Of a stretch of DNA of 64,000 bases, positions 39,862 through 52,935 are shown one piece after another. Source of the stretch: an uncultured delta proteobacterium (lineage in GTDB: Bacteria; Myxococcota_A; Polyangia; Polyangiales; Polyangiaceae); contig CAWDXG010000004.1 in assembly GCA_963806225.1 (NCBI GenBank), forward strand, positions 2,144,001-2,208,000. The letters run 5' to 3'. Position 1 is the stretch's first letter. Each line of letters starts with the position of its first letter. The notes under the pieces are model-generated. The model worked only from the letters and a program-made list of their open reading frames with translations, made no database searches and was not told the origin of the DNA. A program made the position numbers and the translations under genes.

Positions 39862-40271
39862 TGTTCCTTCTTGATACGAACGTCGTGTCCGAGCTGCGCA
39901 AGGGCGCGAGAGCAAACCATGGCGTCGCGACCTGGATCGCCGGCGTCGACGACAGCGACCTGTTTCTGTCCGTGCTCGTGGCAGGCGAGCTGCGACAAGG
40001 GGTGGAGCGCTTGAGATTGCGCGACGCGACTGCAGCAGCGCACCTCGACCGCTGGTGCGGCGCCTTGGTCGATGTCTACGCGGAGCGACTGCTTCCCGTC
40101 GATGCGCGCGTAGCCGACCTCTGGGGACGGCTCAACGTGCCCGACCCGATCTCCGCCGTCGATGGCTTGCTCGCGGCAACTGCCATCGTCCATGGCTTGA
40201 CTTTGGTGACCCGCAACGTGAAGGACGTCGCGCGCACTGGCGTGACCCTGCACAATCCGTTCACGGATTGA
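39861..40271 (+). CDS. vapC: PIN-domain VapC/FitB toxin
   Basis: MFLLDTNVVSELRK, GEL..G, DGLLAATA, LVTRNVKD, NPF. Confidence 0.92.
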   Translation: MFLLDTNVVSELRKGARANHGVATWIAGVDDSDLFLSVLVAGELRQGVERLRLRDATAAAHLDRWCGALVDVYAERLLPVDARVADLWGRLNVPDPISAVDGLLAATAIVHGLTLVTRNVKDVARTGVTLHNPFTD

Positions 40272-40311
40272 GCGTGGTACAGCCCGCGCATCGCCCCCGC
40301 GCAACCGCAGT

Positions 40312-40358
40312 GAGAACGCGAGGTTAGCCAACACGGCTGACCTCGCGTTTCTCGTTTT
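40312..40358 (+). terminator. Terminator hairpin after att core 4
   Basis: GAGAACGCGAGGTTAGCC...GGCTGACCTCGCGTTTCTC followed by GTTTT. Confidence 0.65.
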
Positions 40359-40451
40359 CGGGCCAATCTCCGGGCCAATCGCTCGCGCAGCAATTCGCAA
40401 ATCCGCTGCTCGGGCCCGCTGGTCGAGCTTGCCGCACAAGGAGAAATCCTG

Positions 40452-40652
40452 ATGGGCAAGCCGACCCGACACTATGGCAGGTGGCGTATCCGCTGGACCG
40501 ACGAGGCCGGCGAGCGCCACAGCAAGGTCTTCGACGACAAGGCCGAAGCCGAGCTCGAGCTGAAGCGCGAAGAGCTGGCGACCGAGGAGCGCCGCCGCGT
40601 GGCCGCTTCCGTGCTCAACGGGCTGCACCACGACTACCGACGCGCGGCGTGA
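40452..40652 (+). pseudogene. Tyrosine-integrase N-terminal (arm-binding) remnant with transposase-like tail
   Basis: AAGGAG RBS; GRWRIRWTDEAGERHSKVF...EAE resembles integrase arm domains; the ending LNGLHHDYRRAA resembles the C-terminus of rve-domain transposases. Confidence 0.55.
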
Positions 40653-40792
40653 AGAGGTCGCAGCGACGCCTTTCCTGTCGGCGGATGCGCGAGGTAGCCG
40701 GAACAGGGGGAAGTCCACGGTGCGCCCGCGCGACGGCATCCGCCGCGGCGGCTCCGGGCGGGCGATCTCTCGATCGCCCGCCCGCGTGCGGC

Positions 40793-41812
40793 TCACTTGT
40801 AGGCGATGACGGCGCTGCTCGGGCCAGCCAGCGGCATCACCTCTGTGGAACGGAAGCCGGCGTCGCGCGCCCAGCCGTCGAAATCCGCGGCCGTGTAGTC
40901 GAAGCCGTCGTGCGTCTCGATCAACATGTTCAGCGACATCAGCAGGCCGAAAGTGTTGGTCCGGCGCTCGTTGTCGATGACGTTCTCGATCGCGATCAGC
41001 ACGCCGCCATCGTTCAGGCTGCTATGGGCGTTCTTGATCAGCGCCTTCTTCTCCTCGACGCCCCAGTCGTGCAGGATGTTGCCGAGCGTGATCACGTCGG
41101 CGCGCGGCAGCTCGCCTTCCATGAAGTCTCCCTCGACGACCCGGATGCGATCCGACAGCCCCGCCCGCTCGATCTCGCGGCGCGCGACCGGGCCGACCGG
41201 CGGCAGGTCGAAGCTGATGCACTGGAGGTGCGGATGGCGCTGGGCCAGTGCGCGGCAGAGGGCGCCGTTGGCACCGCCCGCATCGCACACGCTCTGGTAC
41301 TGCGAGAAGTCGAACTTCTCGGCGAGCAGGTGGAAGTTGCCGTTCTGGATGCCGGCCATGCCTCTCAGGAACTGCTCGAGCCGCGCCTCGTCGGCGTACA
41401 GCCCGTCGAACAGGTGCCCGCCGCCCTCCTTGATCTCGTTCTGCGGCTCGCCCGTCTTGAGCGCGGGCGTCAGGTCGCCCCAGAAGCGGAACAGGCGGGC
41501 GTTGGCCATCTCCAGCATGCCGCCGACGTAGGCGGGGCTGTTCTTGTCGAGGAAGGCCGCGGTGTCGGGCGTGTTCTTGTAGCTGGCGTCACGGCCGCGG
41601 CCGTCGCGCTCGAGCAGCTTCATCGCGACCAGCGCGTCGAGGAAGTCGTGGGTCGCGCGCTCGTGCAGGCCGAGCCGCTCGCGGATCTCGCCCGCCTTGG
41701 CCGGCCCCTGGCCGAGCTCGGTGAACAGCCCCAGCTCGACGGCGCTGAGCAGCGCCTTCGAACCCCAGAAACCCAGGCCAGTCTGCAGGATGTGTGACGG
41801 ATCGAGTGACAT
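40793..41812 (-). CDS. SAM-dependent O-methyltransferase (methyltransf_2 with dimerisation domain)
   Basis: GFWGSKALLSAVELGLF, DAGGANG, GDFM, ILHDW, LMSLNML. Confidence 0.9.
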   Translation of the reverse strand: MSLDPSHILQTGLGFWGSKALLSAVELGLFTELGQGPAKAGEIRERLGLHERATHDFLDALVAMKLLERDGRGRDASYKNTPDTAAFLDKNSPAYVGGMLEMANARLFRFWGDLTPALKTGEPQNEIKEGGGHLFDGLYADEARLEQFLRGMAGIQNGNFHLLAEKFDFSQYQSVCDAGGANGALCRALAQRHPHLQCISFDLPPVGPVARREIERAGLSDRIRVVEGDFMEGELPRADVITLGNILHDWGVEEKKALIKNAHSSLNDGGVLIAIENVIDNERRTNTFGLLMSLNMLIETHDGFDYTAADFDGWARDAGFRSTEVMPLAGPSSAVIAYK

Positions 41813-41913
41813 TTCGTGCCCCTTTCGTTGGTTGGGATGCTCCATGGGTAGCCGGGGCTCGGTACCTGCAAAAGTGCCCACGATCGCCGAATAGAAATGC
41901 AATAATGCAGGGC

Positions 41914-42801
41914 ATGCTCAACTGGGAGCTGCTCCGCTACTTCGTCGCCCTCAGCCGCGCGGGCAGCCTCGCCGGCGCCGCACGCCAGTTGAAAGTGGAC
42001 CAGACGACGGTGGGCCGCCGGCTCGCCGCGCTGGAGCAGGAGCTCGGCGTGAAGCTGTTTCTCAGGACGCAGCGCGGCTACACCATCACGCCCGCCGGCG
42101 AGGAGATCCTCTCCGATCTCGACGTGGCCGAGTCGGCGTTCCTCGCCATCGAGCGGCGTCTGGCGGGGCGCGACGAGCGGCTCGAAGGCAGGGTGCGCGT
42201 GACCAGCACCGAGACATCGTCGACGCACATCCTCCGCGCGCTCGGCGGCTTCCGCGCGCGTCATCCGCATGTCGACATCGACTACCTGGCCACCAACAAG
42301 AACCTGAGCCTGACGCGCGGCGAGACCGATGTGGCGGTGCGCATGGGCAAGCCGAAGGAGCAGACCCTGCTCGCTCGACGCATCGGCGATATCGGCTGGG
42401 CCACGTACACCGCGGAGAGCTACATCAGGCGCCGCGGCGCGCCCACGCCGGGCCAGCTCGAGGGGCACGACGTGCTGTGGTTCGGCGACGACATGGAAGT
42501 GCTGAACCGCAACCGGCGCTTGCGCGCGCTGACGGCGGGCGGAAGCATCGTCTTCCGGGCCAACGGCATGATGCTCTTGACCTCGGCCGCGGTCGCGGGC
42601 CTGGGCGTGGCGATACTCCCGTGCGTCATCGCGGACGCGGAACCGACGCTCAAGCGCATCGAAAAGCCGTTCAAGCAGGGCGATATGTGGCTGGTCACGC
42701 ACCGTGACGCGCGCGACAACGCGCGTATCCGCGCGGTGAGCGACCACCTGTACGACAGGTTCCGCGAGCTCCGCCCGGCGCTGGCGGGAGCCGGGCGGTG
42801 A
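41914..42801 (+). CDS. LysR-family transcriptional regulator
   Basis: WELLRYF...GSLAGAARQLKVDQTTVGRRLAALE..LG..LF.R; divergent from the methyltransferase. Confidence 0.92.
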   Translation: MLNWELLRYFVALSRAGSLAGAARQLKVDQTTVGRRLAALEQELGVKLFLRTQRGYTITPAGEEILSDLDVAESAFLAIERRLAGRDERLEGRVRVTSTETSSTHILRALGGFRARHPHVDIDYLATNKNLSLTRGETDVAVRMGKPKEQTLLARRIGDIGWATYTAESYIRRRGAPTPGQLEGHDVLWFGDDMEVLNRNRRLRALTAGGSIVFRANGMMLLTSAAVAGLGVAILPCVIADAEPTLKRIEKPFKQGDMWLVTHRDARDNARIRAVSDHLYDRFRELRPALAGAGR

Positions 42802-42889
42802 CGCGACGAGCGGCGGCCAGCCAGCACGTCTCGACGCCCGAAGCTGCGCTGTCGCGAGATCGCGCTAGGCAGCGACCGGGTGGTGTGAG

Positions 42890-43489
42890 CTAGCCCTCTC
42901 GCCCGCGCGCTGGGTCGTTCAAGCCGAGCCCCTCGAGGATCCTCGGGATGTGCTTCTCCACCCGGGCAGCGCGCGTCTTCGAGAGCTTTGCGCCGGAGAA
43001 ATAGTAGATGTACGCCCGCTGCCGACCGGGTGTCAGCTTGGCGAAGGCCGCCTTCAACCTGGCATTGGCGGCGAGCCTGGACTCGAGCTCCTCGGGCATC
43101 TCGAAGTCCTCCGTCCTTTTCATCTGGACCTTCCGCCCGGCGCGCTCGTTCGCGATAGCCTCGCGCAGATAGGCCTTCACGGTTTTCTCGAGCTTGGTCA
43201 CTTCCTTCACGCTCGTGAACCGGATCTGCCGCGCGGCCTGCACGTTCCTGGTCTGTTGGATGAGGACCGTTTCCGGGTCCTCGAGCAGCGCGCCCTGGGG
43301 AAACAGGATGGCGCAATATTCCTTGAAGCCGTGGATGAGAGCGATGTTCCTGCCGTCAAGCACGTAGCAGGGCTTGCCCCACTTCAGCTCTTCCTCGAGC
43401 CCGGTCGCGAGAAGGATCTCCCGGAGCTTCTCGAACTCCGCTCGCCACGTCTTCTGCCGCTTCAGAAATGCATCGACCTTCCGGTTCAT
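42890..43489 (-). CDS. YdeI/OmpD-associated family protein (DUF1801)
   Basis: LKWGKPCY, FKEYCA, QQTRNVQAARQIRF, LTPGRQRAY, KTRAARVEK. Confidence 0.88.
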   Translation of the reverse strand: MNRKVDAFLKRQKTWRAEFEKLREILLATGLEEELKWGKPCYVLDGRNIALIHGFKEYCAILFPQGALLEDPETVLIQQTRNVQAARQIRFTSVKEVTKLEKTVKAYLREAIANERAGRKVQMKRTEDFEMPEELESRLAANARLKAAFAKLTPGRQRAYIYYFSGAKLSKTRAARVEKHIPRILEGLGLNDPARGREG

Positions 43490-43569
43490 GGTCGGCCTCC
43501 TTCGTCTCGTGATGCGCGAGCTGACGCCGAGTGGGCCCTAGGCCTCCGGGGCGTGGTCGGCTCTCCCTG

Positions 43570-43941
43570 TCAGCAAGCCCACTGGTAGCCACCCGGAACG
43601 GCTACGCACTGGCAGCCCACGCCGGGATAATTGCAGACGAGCCCCTGGAGCGAGGCGGGACAATTGGAGCCTGGGTGCGGCGCCTTGCCCGGGCACTTCG
43701 CCGCGTCGCAGTGCCACTTGCCGTCCTTGTTGCAGGTGCAGGTCGTGTAGCCCTTGGGCGCCTGGTAGCCGCACGCCGCGCCGACGGCCCCGCAGACCAC
43801 GCCGTCGGCGGTCCCCGGCGCGCAGCCGCCCGCGCCCGGTGGCGGCGGCGACGAACCGCATGCCGGAATCACCAGTGCCGCAAGCGCCAAGCACCCGGCA
43901 CACAGACATCCCCGGATCAACGCGAGACCACCCGGTCGCAT
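43570..43941 (-). CDS. Small Cys-rich putative lipoprotein
   Basis: Lipobox PAC, two G..C...G..C.Y...C.C...W.C repeats. Confidence 0.6.
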   Translation of the reverse strand: MRPGGLALIRGCLCAGCLALAALVIPACGSSPPPPGAGGCAPGTADGVVCGAVGAACGYQAPKGYTTCTCNKDGKWHCDAAKCPGKAPHPGSNCPASLQGLVCNYPGVGCQCVAVPGGYQWAC

Positions 43942-44014
43942 GGCTCGAGGCTAGTCATCGATTCAATCGGTGTCGATGTCTTGTTGCAGCCATGGAGTGC
44001 GACATCGGCGTCTG

Positions 44015-44029
44015 ATAGCTCCTGGCTAT
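44015..44029. promoter_or_regulatory. OxyR-like ATAG-N7-CTAT site upstream of katG
   Basis: ATAGctcctggCTAT in an AT-rich intergenic region. Confidence 0.5.
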
Positions 44030-44077
44030 CGAACTGACACAATCAATCGAATTGCCGGTTGCACGGAAGAGCCTTAG

Positions 44078-46297
<2,220 letters not shown>

Positions 46298-46335
46298 TCG
46301 CGGAGGGCCGCCCGGACCTGGTCAAGCGGCCGAGC

Positions 46336-47313
46336 TCACGCCTGCGCAAGCAGTTCCTCGCTGATTGCCCACAGCTTCTCGGCTGATTCGTCGCTGCAGG
46401 CGTGGGCGTCGACGCCCTTGAAGCGCGCCGTGGGGCTTTCGGGGTCGGTCGGCGCGGCGATGTCGCAATCCTCGCAGTACACGCCGCACTTGCCTTCGAG
46501 CGCAGCCGCGGTGGCGGCCCACAGCGTCGTCGAGCAGCCCTGCTCGGGCGTCTTGAATCCGGCCTTGGCCCGTTCACTGGGCTCGCCGTCTTCGCCCAGC
46601 CAGCCGAGCGCGATCATCTCTTCCTTCGGCAGGTGGCGCTGGAGCGGCGTGAAGATGCCGCCGGGATGGACGGCAAACGCCAGCCCGCCGCTGCCCTGCA
46701 GGCGCCGCGATAGCGCGTTGGCAAACAGTGCGTTGGCCGTCTTGGCCTGACCATAGGCTTTCCACTTGTTGTACTCGCCTTTCTCGAACTGGATGTCGTC
46801 CCAGCGGATGTCGCTGATCTTGTGCCCGGTGGAGGACAGCGCGACGACGCGGGCTCCGGGCGTTTTCTCGAGCAGCGGGAACAGCGCCTGGGTCAGCGCG
46901 AAGTGCCCCATGTGGTTGACACCGAACTGCGACTCCCAGCCCGGCCCGACCCGCGCTTCCGGGCAAGCCATGATGCCGGCGTTGTTGATCAAGAGGTCGA
47001 GCTTCTCGAGCTCGCCGAGCATCGAGTCGGCGAAGGCGCGAACGGAGCCGAGGTCCGCGAGGTCCATCGGCGCCGTCCGCACGTCGCCCTGCACGCCGGC
47101 CAGGTTCTCTGCCGCCTTTCCAGCCGAGCGGACCGGGACGATGATGCTGACGCCCTTGGCTGCAAGCGCGCGCGTCGTCTCGAGACCGATACCGCTGTAG
47201 CCGCCGGTGACGATCGCCACGCTGCCGGACAGGTCGAGGTTGGCGATGACTTCGGCGCCATCGCTCTTGGCGTGAAAGCCGGAGTTGGTCGGGACTTGAT
47301 CGGATACGGCCAT
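46336..47313 (-). CDS. Short-chain dehydrogenase/reductase (retinol dehydrogenase-like)
   Basis: TGGYSGIG, INNAGIMACP, YGQAK, VHPGGI. Confidence 0.9.
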   Translation of the reverse strand: MAVSDQVPTNSGFHAKSDGAEVIANLDLSGSVAIVTGGYSGIGLETTRALAAKGVSIIVPVRSAGKAAENLAGVQGDVRTAPMDLADLGSVRAFADSMLGELEKLDLLINNAGIMACPEARVGPGWESQFGVNHMGHFALTQALFPLLEKTPGARVVALSSTGHKISDIRWDDIQFEKGEYNKWKAYGQAKTANALFANALSRRLQGSGGLAFAVHPGGIFTPLQRHLPKEEMIALGWLGEDGEPSERAKAGFKTPEQGCSTTLWAATAAALEGKCGVYCEDCDIAAPTDPESPTARFKGVDAHACSDESAEKLWAISEELLAQA

Positions 47314-47478
47314 GCTCTGCTCCTGGTCCAGGTCTGCTCGTCGAAGATGCGGGCGCCCGGGTCCCGGGCCCCGCGGGGCATCTTTCCCGACGGGCTGGCG
47401 CATGTCCAACTCGATCACCCCCGCCTCTGCACGACTCTGGACATCCTCGAGCCGCGGAGGCAGGCGCCGTGGGCGGTG

Positions 47479-49119
47479 CTACCCAACCAGGCTGTTCTGG
47501 TAGGCCCAGGCCGTCGCCGCCGAGCGCGAGGACACGTCGAGCTTGACGAAGATATTGCTCACGTGCCGGTCGATGGTCTTCTCGCTCAGGAAGAGCTGGC
47601 GCGCGATGGCCTTGTTGGTCTTGCCCGACGCGACCAGGAGCAGCACCTCGAGCTCCCGCGTGCTCAGCTTGTGCGCGGCGGGCGCCGGGCGCGCGCGGGA
47701 GGGCGCAGGCGCGGTCGGGGCTTCGAGCGCGGCCACGTCGGGCGCCGCGCCGAGCTCTTCGAAGATCTTCTTCGCGGCGGCGAGCTCGAGCGCCGCGCCG
47801 TCCTCGTCGCCGAGCGCCGAAAACGCGCGGGCCAAGAGCACGCGGATGCGCGCGCCGAGGTACGGAGCACCGGCGCGCTGCCACGCGAGCTGAGCGCGCG
47901 TGAGCGGTTCGATTGCCGCGCGGGCGTCGCCTTCCGCCAGAAGCACGGCGCCCTCCGCGTGCGCGGCCATCGCGCCGAGCAGCTCCATCCCGAGCTCCTC
48001 GGCGAGATGGCGGAGCTCGTCGGCAGCCCGCCGCGCTTCTTCGAGATCGCCGGCAGCCAGCATGACCTCGACGTGCGCCGGCAAGAGGCGCGTGCGCTCG
48101 AGGGGACTCGCCGCCACGGCGAGCACGCGCCGCATCGTCGCCGCGGCCGGCTCGACGCGCCCCTGCGCCATCCGGAGCAGCGCGAGCCCCGGCTGCGGAT
48201 CGCGACCGCGCTCGCTGGCCGAGGCGTAGGCGCGCTCCGCTTCGCCGAGCTCGCCGCGCAGGCGATGGAGCTCGCCCTCCTGGTAGAACGCGTTGCCCGC
48301 TTCGGTGTCCTTCGTCGGGGCCAGGCGCGCGCACGCGCGACGCGCCTCTTCGATGGCTTCCGGCCAATCGCCGCCGAGCTGCAGGATCTCGGAGCGGTGG
48401 ATCAGGCACGCGCCGGCGAACGCCACGAGCTGAGGCTGCTCCGCGCACCATTCGCTCAGAGCGGCCGTCCATTCGCGCGCACGATCGAGCGCGTAGCTCT
48501 GCTGGCAGCACGCGATGACACCGCAGTAGATCAGCCCCGAGACGATCGGCGACAGCTCGCCGCTGGTGACGGACACCATCGCCTCGTCGAGGATCGGAAG
48601 CCCCTCGGCGAGCCGGCTCTGGCGGACCAGCGCGCGTCCCTCGAAGCTCCTGGCCAGCGCGCACAGGTCGCTGTCACCGTAGCGCGCGCCGATCTCCGCG
48701 ACCTCGGCTGCGACCCCCTGGGCCGCTCTGTGGTCGCCGGCGCCGGTGAAGCGGAACACCATAGGCAGGCGCAGATAGCCGCACTCGACACAGTCGCCTT
48801 CGCCGTCGACCAGCCGCTGCGCCCGCATGAGCCAGCCGCTGGCACGTGCCATCTCCCCCAGCGAGAACAGTCGCATCGCGAGCCAGAATGCAGCCCGCGC
48901 CGCCGGCAGAACCTCGCCCCTGTCGAGCCGCAGGTGGTGGAGCCGTTCGAAAGCCGCGACCGTCGCGTCCTCGTGCCCGGTCAGCCCCGCCGACATTGCC
49001 AGCCGCTCGACGTCGCCGGCGTCAAGCGCGTCGAGGCCTGCTTCGGAAAACGCGTCGTAGGCGTCACCCCACGCCCGCTCCGCGTAGGCTCTGCGTCCCC
49101 TGGTCAGGGCATCGTCCAC
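47479..49119 (-). CDS. LuxR-family regulator (TPR-like plus C-terminal HTH)
   Basis: [42 protein letters not shown]. Confidence 0.88.
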   Translation of the reverse strand: MDDALTRGRRAYAERAWGDAYDAFSEAGLDALDAGDVERLAMSAGLTGHEDATVAAFERLHHLRLDRGEVLPAARAAFWLAMRLFSLGEMARASGWLMRAQRLVDGEGDCVECGYLRLPMVFRFTGAGDHRAAQGVAAEVAEIGARYGDSDLCALARSFEGRALVRQSRLAEGLPILDEAMVSVTSGELSPIVSGLIYCGVIACCQQSYALDRAREWTAALSEWCAEQPQLVAFAGACLIHRSEILQLGGDWPEAIEEARRACARLAPTKDTEAGNAFYQEGELHRLRGELGEAERAYASASERGRDPQPGLALLRMAQGRVEPAAATMRRVLAVAASPLERTRLLPAHVEVMLAAGDLEEARRAADELRHLAEELGMELLGAMAAHAEGAVLLAEGDARAAIEPLTRAQLAWQRAGAPYLGARIRVLLARAFSALGDEDGAALELAAAKKIFEELGAAPDVAALEAPTAPAPSRARPAPAAHKLSTRELEVLLLVASGKTNKAIARQLFLSEKTIDRHVSNIFVKLDVSSRSAATAWAYQNSLVG

Positions 49120-49129
49120 GAACGTGACT

Positions 49130-51583
49130 CTACACCAGCCTCCTACGAAGAACGACGAGCAGCGCGAGCACCGCAAGCGCCACGGGTACCGGCGCTCCAG
49201 GCGAGCGCGGCGTCGCGCGACAGCCGCAACCGCCGCTACTGTCTGGGGAAGCGTGCGGTCCGTTCGCGGTGCCAGCGTCGGCGTCCGCTCCGGCGTCGGC
49301 AGGCGGCGCGGCATCGGCGCCAGCGTCCGGCGTGACGGGCACTTTGCCCTGTCGCGAGAGCTTGGCGGTGTGGGTCGCTCCGTTTGCGCGGTCGACCGTC
49401 AAGGTCCCCGTGGAGGCGTCCACGCTGATCCCCGGATCGCCGGCCACGCCGTCCGCGAACGCACCCGACAGCTTCACCTTCATCGTGCCTGTTCCCCACG
49501 CGGGGTCGGCTGCAGCGACCGAGACGACATTGCCGTCATCGGTGAGGTACACGGTCGCCGGTGTGTCGGTAGTGAGCGTGGTGCCGGAACCGAGATCGAG
49601 CGAGCCCGCCTTCCAGAACACGACGCCGACGCTCTGCCCGGCGCGGACCGCGGCGACGTCCGGATCGTTCTGCAGGATCGTGAACGGCTTGCCCGCCGTC
49701 CACGACGCCATGTCCTGACCGGCGAGCGCGATGGCGTAGGCGTAGGTCGCGCCGCTCGGCGCCTTGCCGTGCGGGATCGCGAGCGTCAGGAAGCGCGCGC
49801 TGACGCTGCCGCTCGACACGCCAAGCTTCGACCAGTCGCCGGTCTGGTCCTTGATCCCGACATCGACGCCGGTCGCAGCCGGGAAATAGTAGCCAAGCCC
49901 GTCGGCGCTGATCCAGGTCGGGTTCGACAGAGTCGTGGAGTACAGCCCGCTCGCGACGGTCTTGCCGTCGACGACGAGCGGCGCGTCCGGTTTCGACAGC
50001 GGCCACTGCTCCACGATCGTCTCCACCGGCGCGGACGCCGTGTCCGTGATGCCGCTGCCCAGGAAGACGATGAAGTCGTCGAAGAAGAACCAGCTCTTTT
50101 CGGCATGAAGCGTGGTCTTGAGCGGCGCCGAGTCCATGGCGGACACGCCGTTCTGCCCGTCGCCGGTGCCTCCCACGAACGATGTGGTGCCAAGACCGTA
50201 GTCCTCGTTCGCGGCGTGCCCGTTCTGCTCCACGGTGACGCCAGGCAGGCGCGACCAATCCATCGCGGGCCAGAGCTTCTTGCCGAAGTACTCGTCGCCC
50301 GCGCGCACCAGATACAGGTGCCCGTCGGACTGGCGCGAGCCCTGTTTGCCCTCGTTGTTCACCAGCTCGCCGCTCTTGGTGCGCTTGGAGAGCATCTTGA
50401 CCGATGCGTAGTAGCCGGCGCGCCGGTGTACGGTGACATCGGCAAAGGGATAGTGCCTGTGGCCGGACGGCAAGGCAGCCTGATCGGGCAACGCCACCAG
50501 CTTCTCGGCGAGCGCGACGATCGAGATGCCGCCACTGCCGAGCGCAGCGATGGTCGCCTTGGCGTCGCTCCGTAGTTCCAGTTGTCTCGGCGACGTGACG
50601 AACGAGAGATCCACGAACGCGTCGCGCGCCGCGGAGGCATTCTTGCCCGGGCGCGTGATCTCGCGACCGATCACGGCGGGATCGAAATAGCCGTCGAACA
50701 CCGTCCAGGCGACGCCGTCAGCCACGTAGTTGATGGCGTTCGTCTGCTTGTCGGGAGCGAGCGCGTACGCCGTGCCGTCCGTCAGCTCGAGATACGTCGC
50801 GATGTCGGCGGCATAGCCCGAGCCGTAACCGCCCGTGTAGGGCTGCCCCTTGTGCTGGATGAAGGAGTAGTCGGGCTTGATTCCGTCCTCGAGCGGGACA
50901 GCGTCGATCGTCGCGCTCGTCTCGACCGCCGTACGCACCGGATCGAGCTCGGAGGGTGTGTTGTGCAAAAGCCCGATGCGCAGGTGGTTCATCGCGCACC
51001 AGAGCAGGTTTTCCCCGGTAAACTTGTTCATGTGCGCGACGTCGCCGACCTGGTACGTGAGCGCGGCGACCAGCTTGTCGAAGAGCGTCGGGTCCAGGTC
51101 GTTCTGCATCAAGAGCAGCGTCGGACCGAGCGCGTCCGGCACGCCGATCTCCCAGAACCACCAGTTGCCGACCACGCAACTCGAGTCACCGCAGTAGTAC
51201 TGCGAGCCGTACGTGAGCGCGCTCTGGATCGACTGCTTCAGCGAGGCATCGTGATACAACGCGCCCGACGGGATCGAATACGCCTGCGCCAGCGTAAGCA
51301 CGCGACTGAAGTGCGAGCTCACGCTCCAGCCGGCGGCGGGCTTGTCGGTGTACGACAGATCGGAAAACTTCCCATTGGATCCAAGCTTCGCGAGGTAACC
51401 CTGCGCCCGGTTGGTGATCGACTTCTGCGCGCTCGCCACGCCGGGGTCGCCGGCGGGAGCCGAAGCCGCCGTGTAGCTATCGACGAGGCGCGCCCGGATC
51501 GTGGCAAGGTCGTCGGCACGCGCTGTTGTCGCAGCCAGAAAGGACCCCAGCAAGCACCCCAGAGCTATGATCGAAGCGCGCAT
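49130..51583 (-). CDS. Polysaccharide lyase family 8 with MYXO-CTERM
   Basis: [46 protein letters not shown]-terminal GGCGC...TM-RRR. Confidence 0.88.
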   Translation of the reverse strand: MRASIIALGCLLGSFLAATTARADDLATIRARLVDSYTAASAPAGDPGVASAQKSITNRAQGYLAKLGSNGKFSDLSYTDKPAAGWSVSSHFSRVLTLAQAYSIPSGALYHDASLKQSIQSALTYGSQYYCGDSSCVVGNWWFWEIGVPDALGPTLLLMQNDLDPTLFDKLVAALTYQVGDVAHMNKFTGENLLWCAMNHLRIGLLHNTPSELDPVRTAVETSATIDAVPLEDGIKPDYSFIQHKGQPYTGGYGSGYAADIATYLELTDGTAYALAPDKQTNAINYVADGVAWTVFDGYFDPAVIGREITRPGKNASAARDAFVDLSFVTSPRQLELRSDAKATIAALGSGGISIVALAEKLVALPDQAALPSGHRHYPFADVTVHRRAGYYASVKMLSKRTKSGELVNNEGKQGSRQSDGHLYLVRAGDEYFGKKLWPAMDWSRLPGVTVEQNGHAANEDYGLGTTSFVGGTGDGQNGVSAMDSAPLKTTLHAEKSWFFFDDFIVFLGSGITDTASAPVETIVEQWPLSKPDAPLVVDGKTVASGLYSTTLSNPTWISADGLGYYFPAATGVDVGIKDQTGDWSKLGVSSGSVSARFLTLAIPHGKAPSGATYAYAIALAGQDMASWTAGKPFTILQNDPDVAAVRAGQSVGVVFWKAGSLDLGSGTTLTTDTPATVYLTDDGNVVSVAAADPAWGTGTMKVKLSGAFADGVAGDPGISVDASTGTLTVDRANGATHTAKLSRQGKVPVTPDAGADAAPPADAGADADAGTANGPHASPDSSGGCGCRATPRSPGAPVPVALAVLALLVVLRRRLV

Positions 51584-51645
51584 CGCACGATGCTACGGCC
51601 GATCGGCGGAGCCGCGCAATGGCCACCCGCGCCGCCGTCAGGAAG

Positions 51646-52887
51646 CTACTCGAATATCTTCTCTTCCGTCTCGCCGGCGGCTTCGGCGTCGGCTTCGTAG
51701 TCGCGGAAGAGGTCGGCGCGGCGCTTTTCGTACGCGCTGTACCACTCGTGGGCGACGATCATGCTCATGACCTCGTTGGTCCCGGTCCAGATCGAAGCCA
51801 GGCCCAGGTCTCGCACAATGCGTTCCACCGGGTAGACGTTGGTGTAGCCGATGCCGCCCATCACCTGCATGGCGTGGCGCGCGACCTGTTGGCAGCTCTC
51901 GGTCACGAACTTCTTGGTCTCGCTGATCAGCCGGCGCATCTCGCCCGCGGGAGCGCCCAGATCCACAGCGCGTGCCGTCGTGTAGACCATCGCGCGCGAC
52001 GCATCGAGCAGGGTCGAGGCCTGCGCGACCTGGAAGCTTACGCCCTGGAACTCGTTGATGGTCTGCCCGAAGGCCTTGCGGCGCGTGGTGTAGCTGCCAG
52101 CGACCTCGAGCGCCGGGCGCGCCGCGCCGATGGTCATGGCCGCCGTGCCGAGTCGCTCGGGGATCATCATGGTCTGGAACACCGCGGCGGCGCCGTTGAG
52201 CTGCCCCACGATGTTCTTCTTGGGCACCTTCACGTCCTTGAACACCAGGCGCGCCGTACCGCCGCCGCGGCAACCCATCAGGCCGTAGTGGTACTTCACA
52301 TCGACGCCGGGACCGCGGTCGACGATCAGGCAGGTCAGACCCTTGTGCGGTTTGGCCTCGGGATCGGTGCGCGCATAGACCAGGAAGTAGTCGGCGCCGT
52401 CTCCGCCCACGATGAAGCGCTTCTGCCCGTTGACGATGAAGTGCTCGCCCGCGTCTTCCGCCGTGGTGGTGGTGCCGAAGAAGTCCGAGCCGCCGCGCGG
52501 TTCAGTCAGGCACTCGGCGGCGAAGGTCTCGCCGCGCAGTAGCGGCTTGACGTAGCGCTCCTTCTGCTCGTCGGTGCCGTGCAGGATGATCGCGTCGCAT
52601 ACCAACTCCGCCCCCACGCCGAACACGCAGGCAAAGATGTAGCCGAGCGTGCCGACCTCCTCCATCACCATGCAGGTGGTGGCCCAGTCGAGGTCGCGCC
52701 CGCCCCACTGCCTGGGATAGCGGCAGCCCATCAAGTTCAATCGCCCCGCCTCCCGCAGGAACTCCTTGGGGAAGCGGATCTCGTCGCGATCCATCGCGAC
52801 GATCATGTCCCGGGGCACCGAGCGCACCAGCTCGCGCGCTTCGTCGCGGATCTGTCGCTGGGCGTCGTTCAGCAAGAAGTCGTACAT
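51646..52887 (-). CDS. Acyl-CoA dehydrogenase
   Basis: CLTEPRGGSD, NGQKRFI, RKAFGQ.I..FQGV, QVMGGIGY, IWTGTNEV. Confidence 0.93.
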   Translation of the reverse strand: MYDFLLNDAQRQIRDEARELVRSVPRDMIVAMDRDEIRFPKEFLREAGRLNLMGCRYPRQWGGRDLDWATTCMVMEEVGTLGYIFACVFGVGAELVCDAIILHGTDEQKERYVKPLLRGETFAAECLTEPRGGSDFFGTTTTAEDAGEHFIVNGQKRFIVGGDGADYFLVYARTDPEAKPHKGLTCLIVDRGPGVDVKYHYGLMGCRGGGTARLVFKDVKVPKKNIVGQLNGAAAVFQTMMIPERLGTAAMTIGAARPALEVAGSYTTRRKAFGQTINEFQGVSFQVAQASTLLDASRAMVYTTARAVDLGAPAGEMRRLISETKKFVTESCQQVARHAMQVMGGIGYTNVYPVERIVRDLGLASIWTGTNEVMSMIVAHEWYSAYEKRRADLFRDYEADAEAAGETEEKIFE

Positions 52888-52935
52888 GGTGGAGGCGAGG
52901 ATGCCTCCGGAGCGCTCGACAGGGGATGACCGTGG

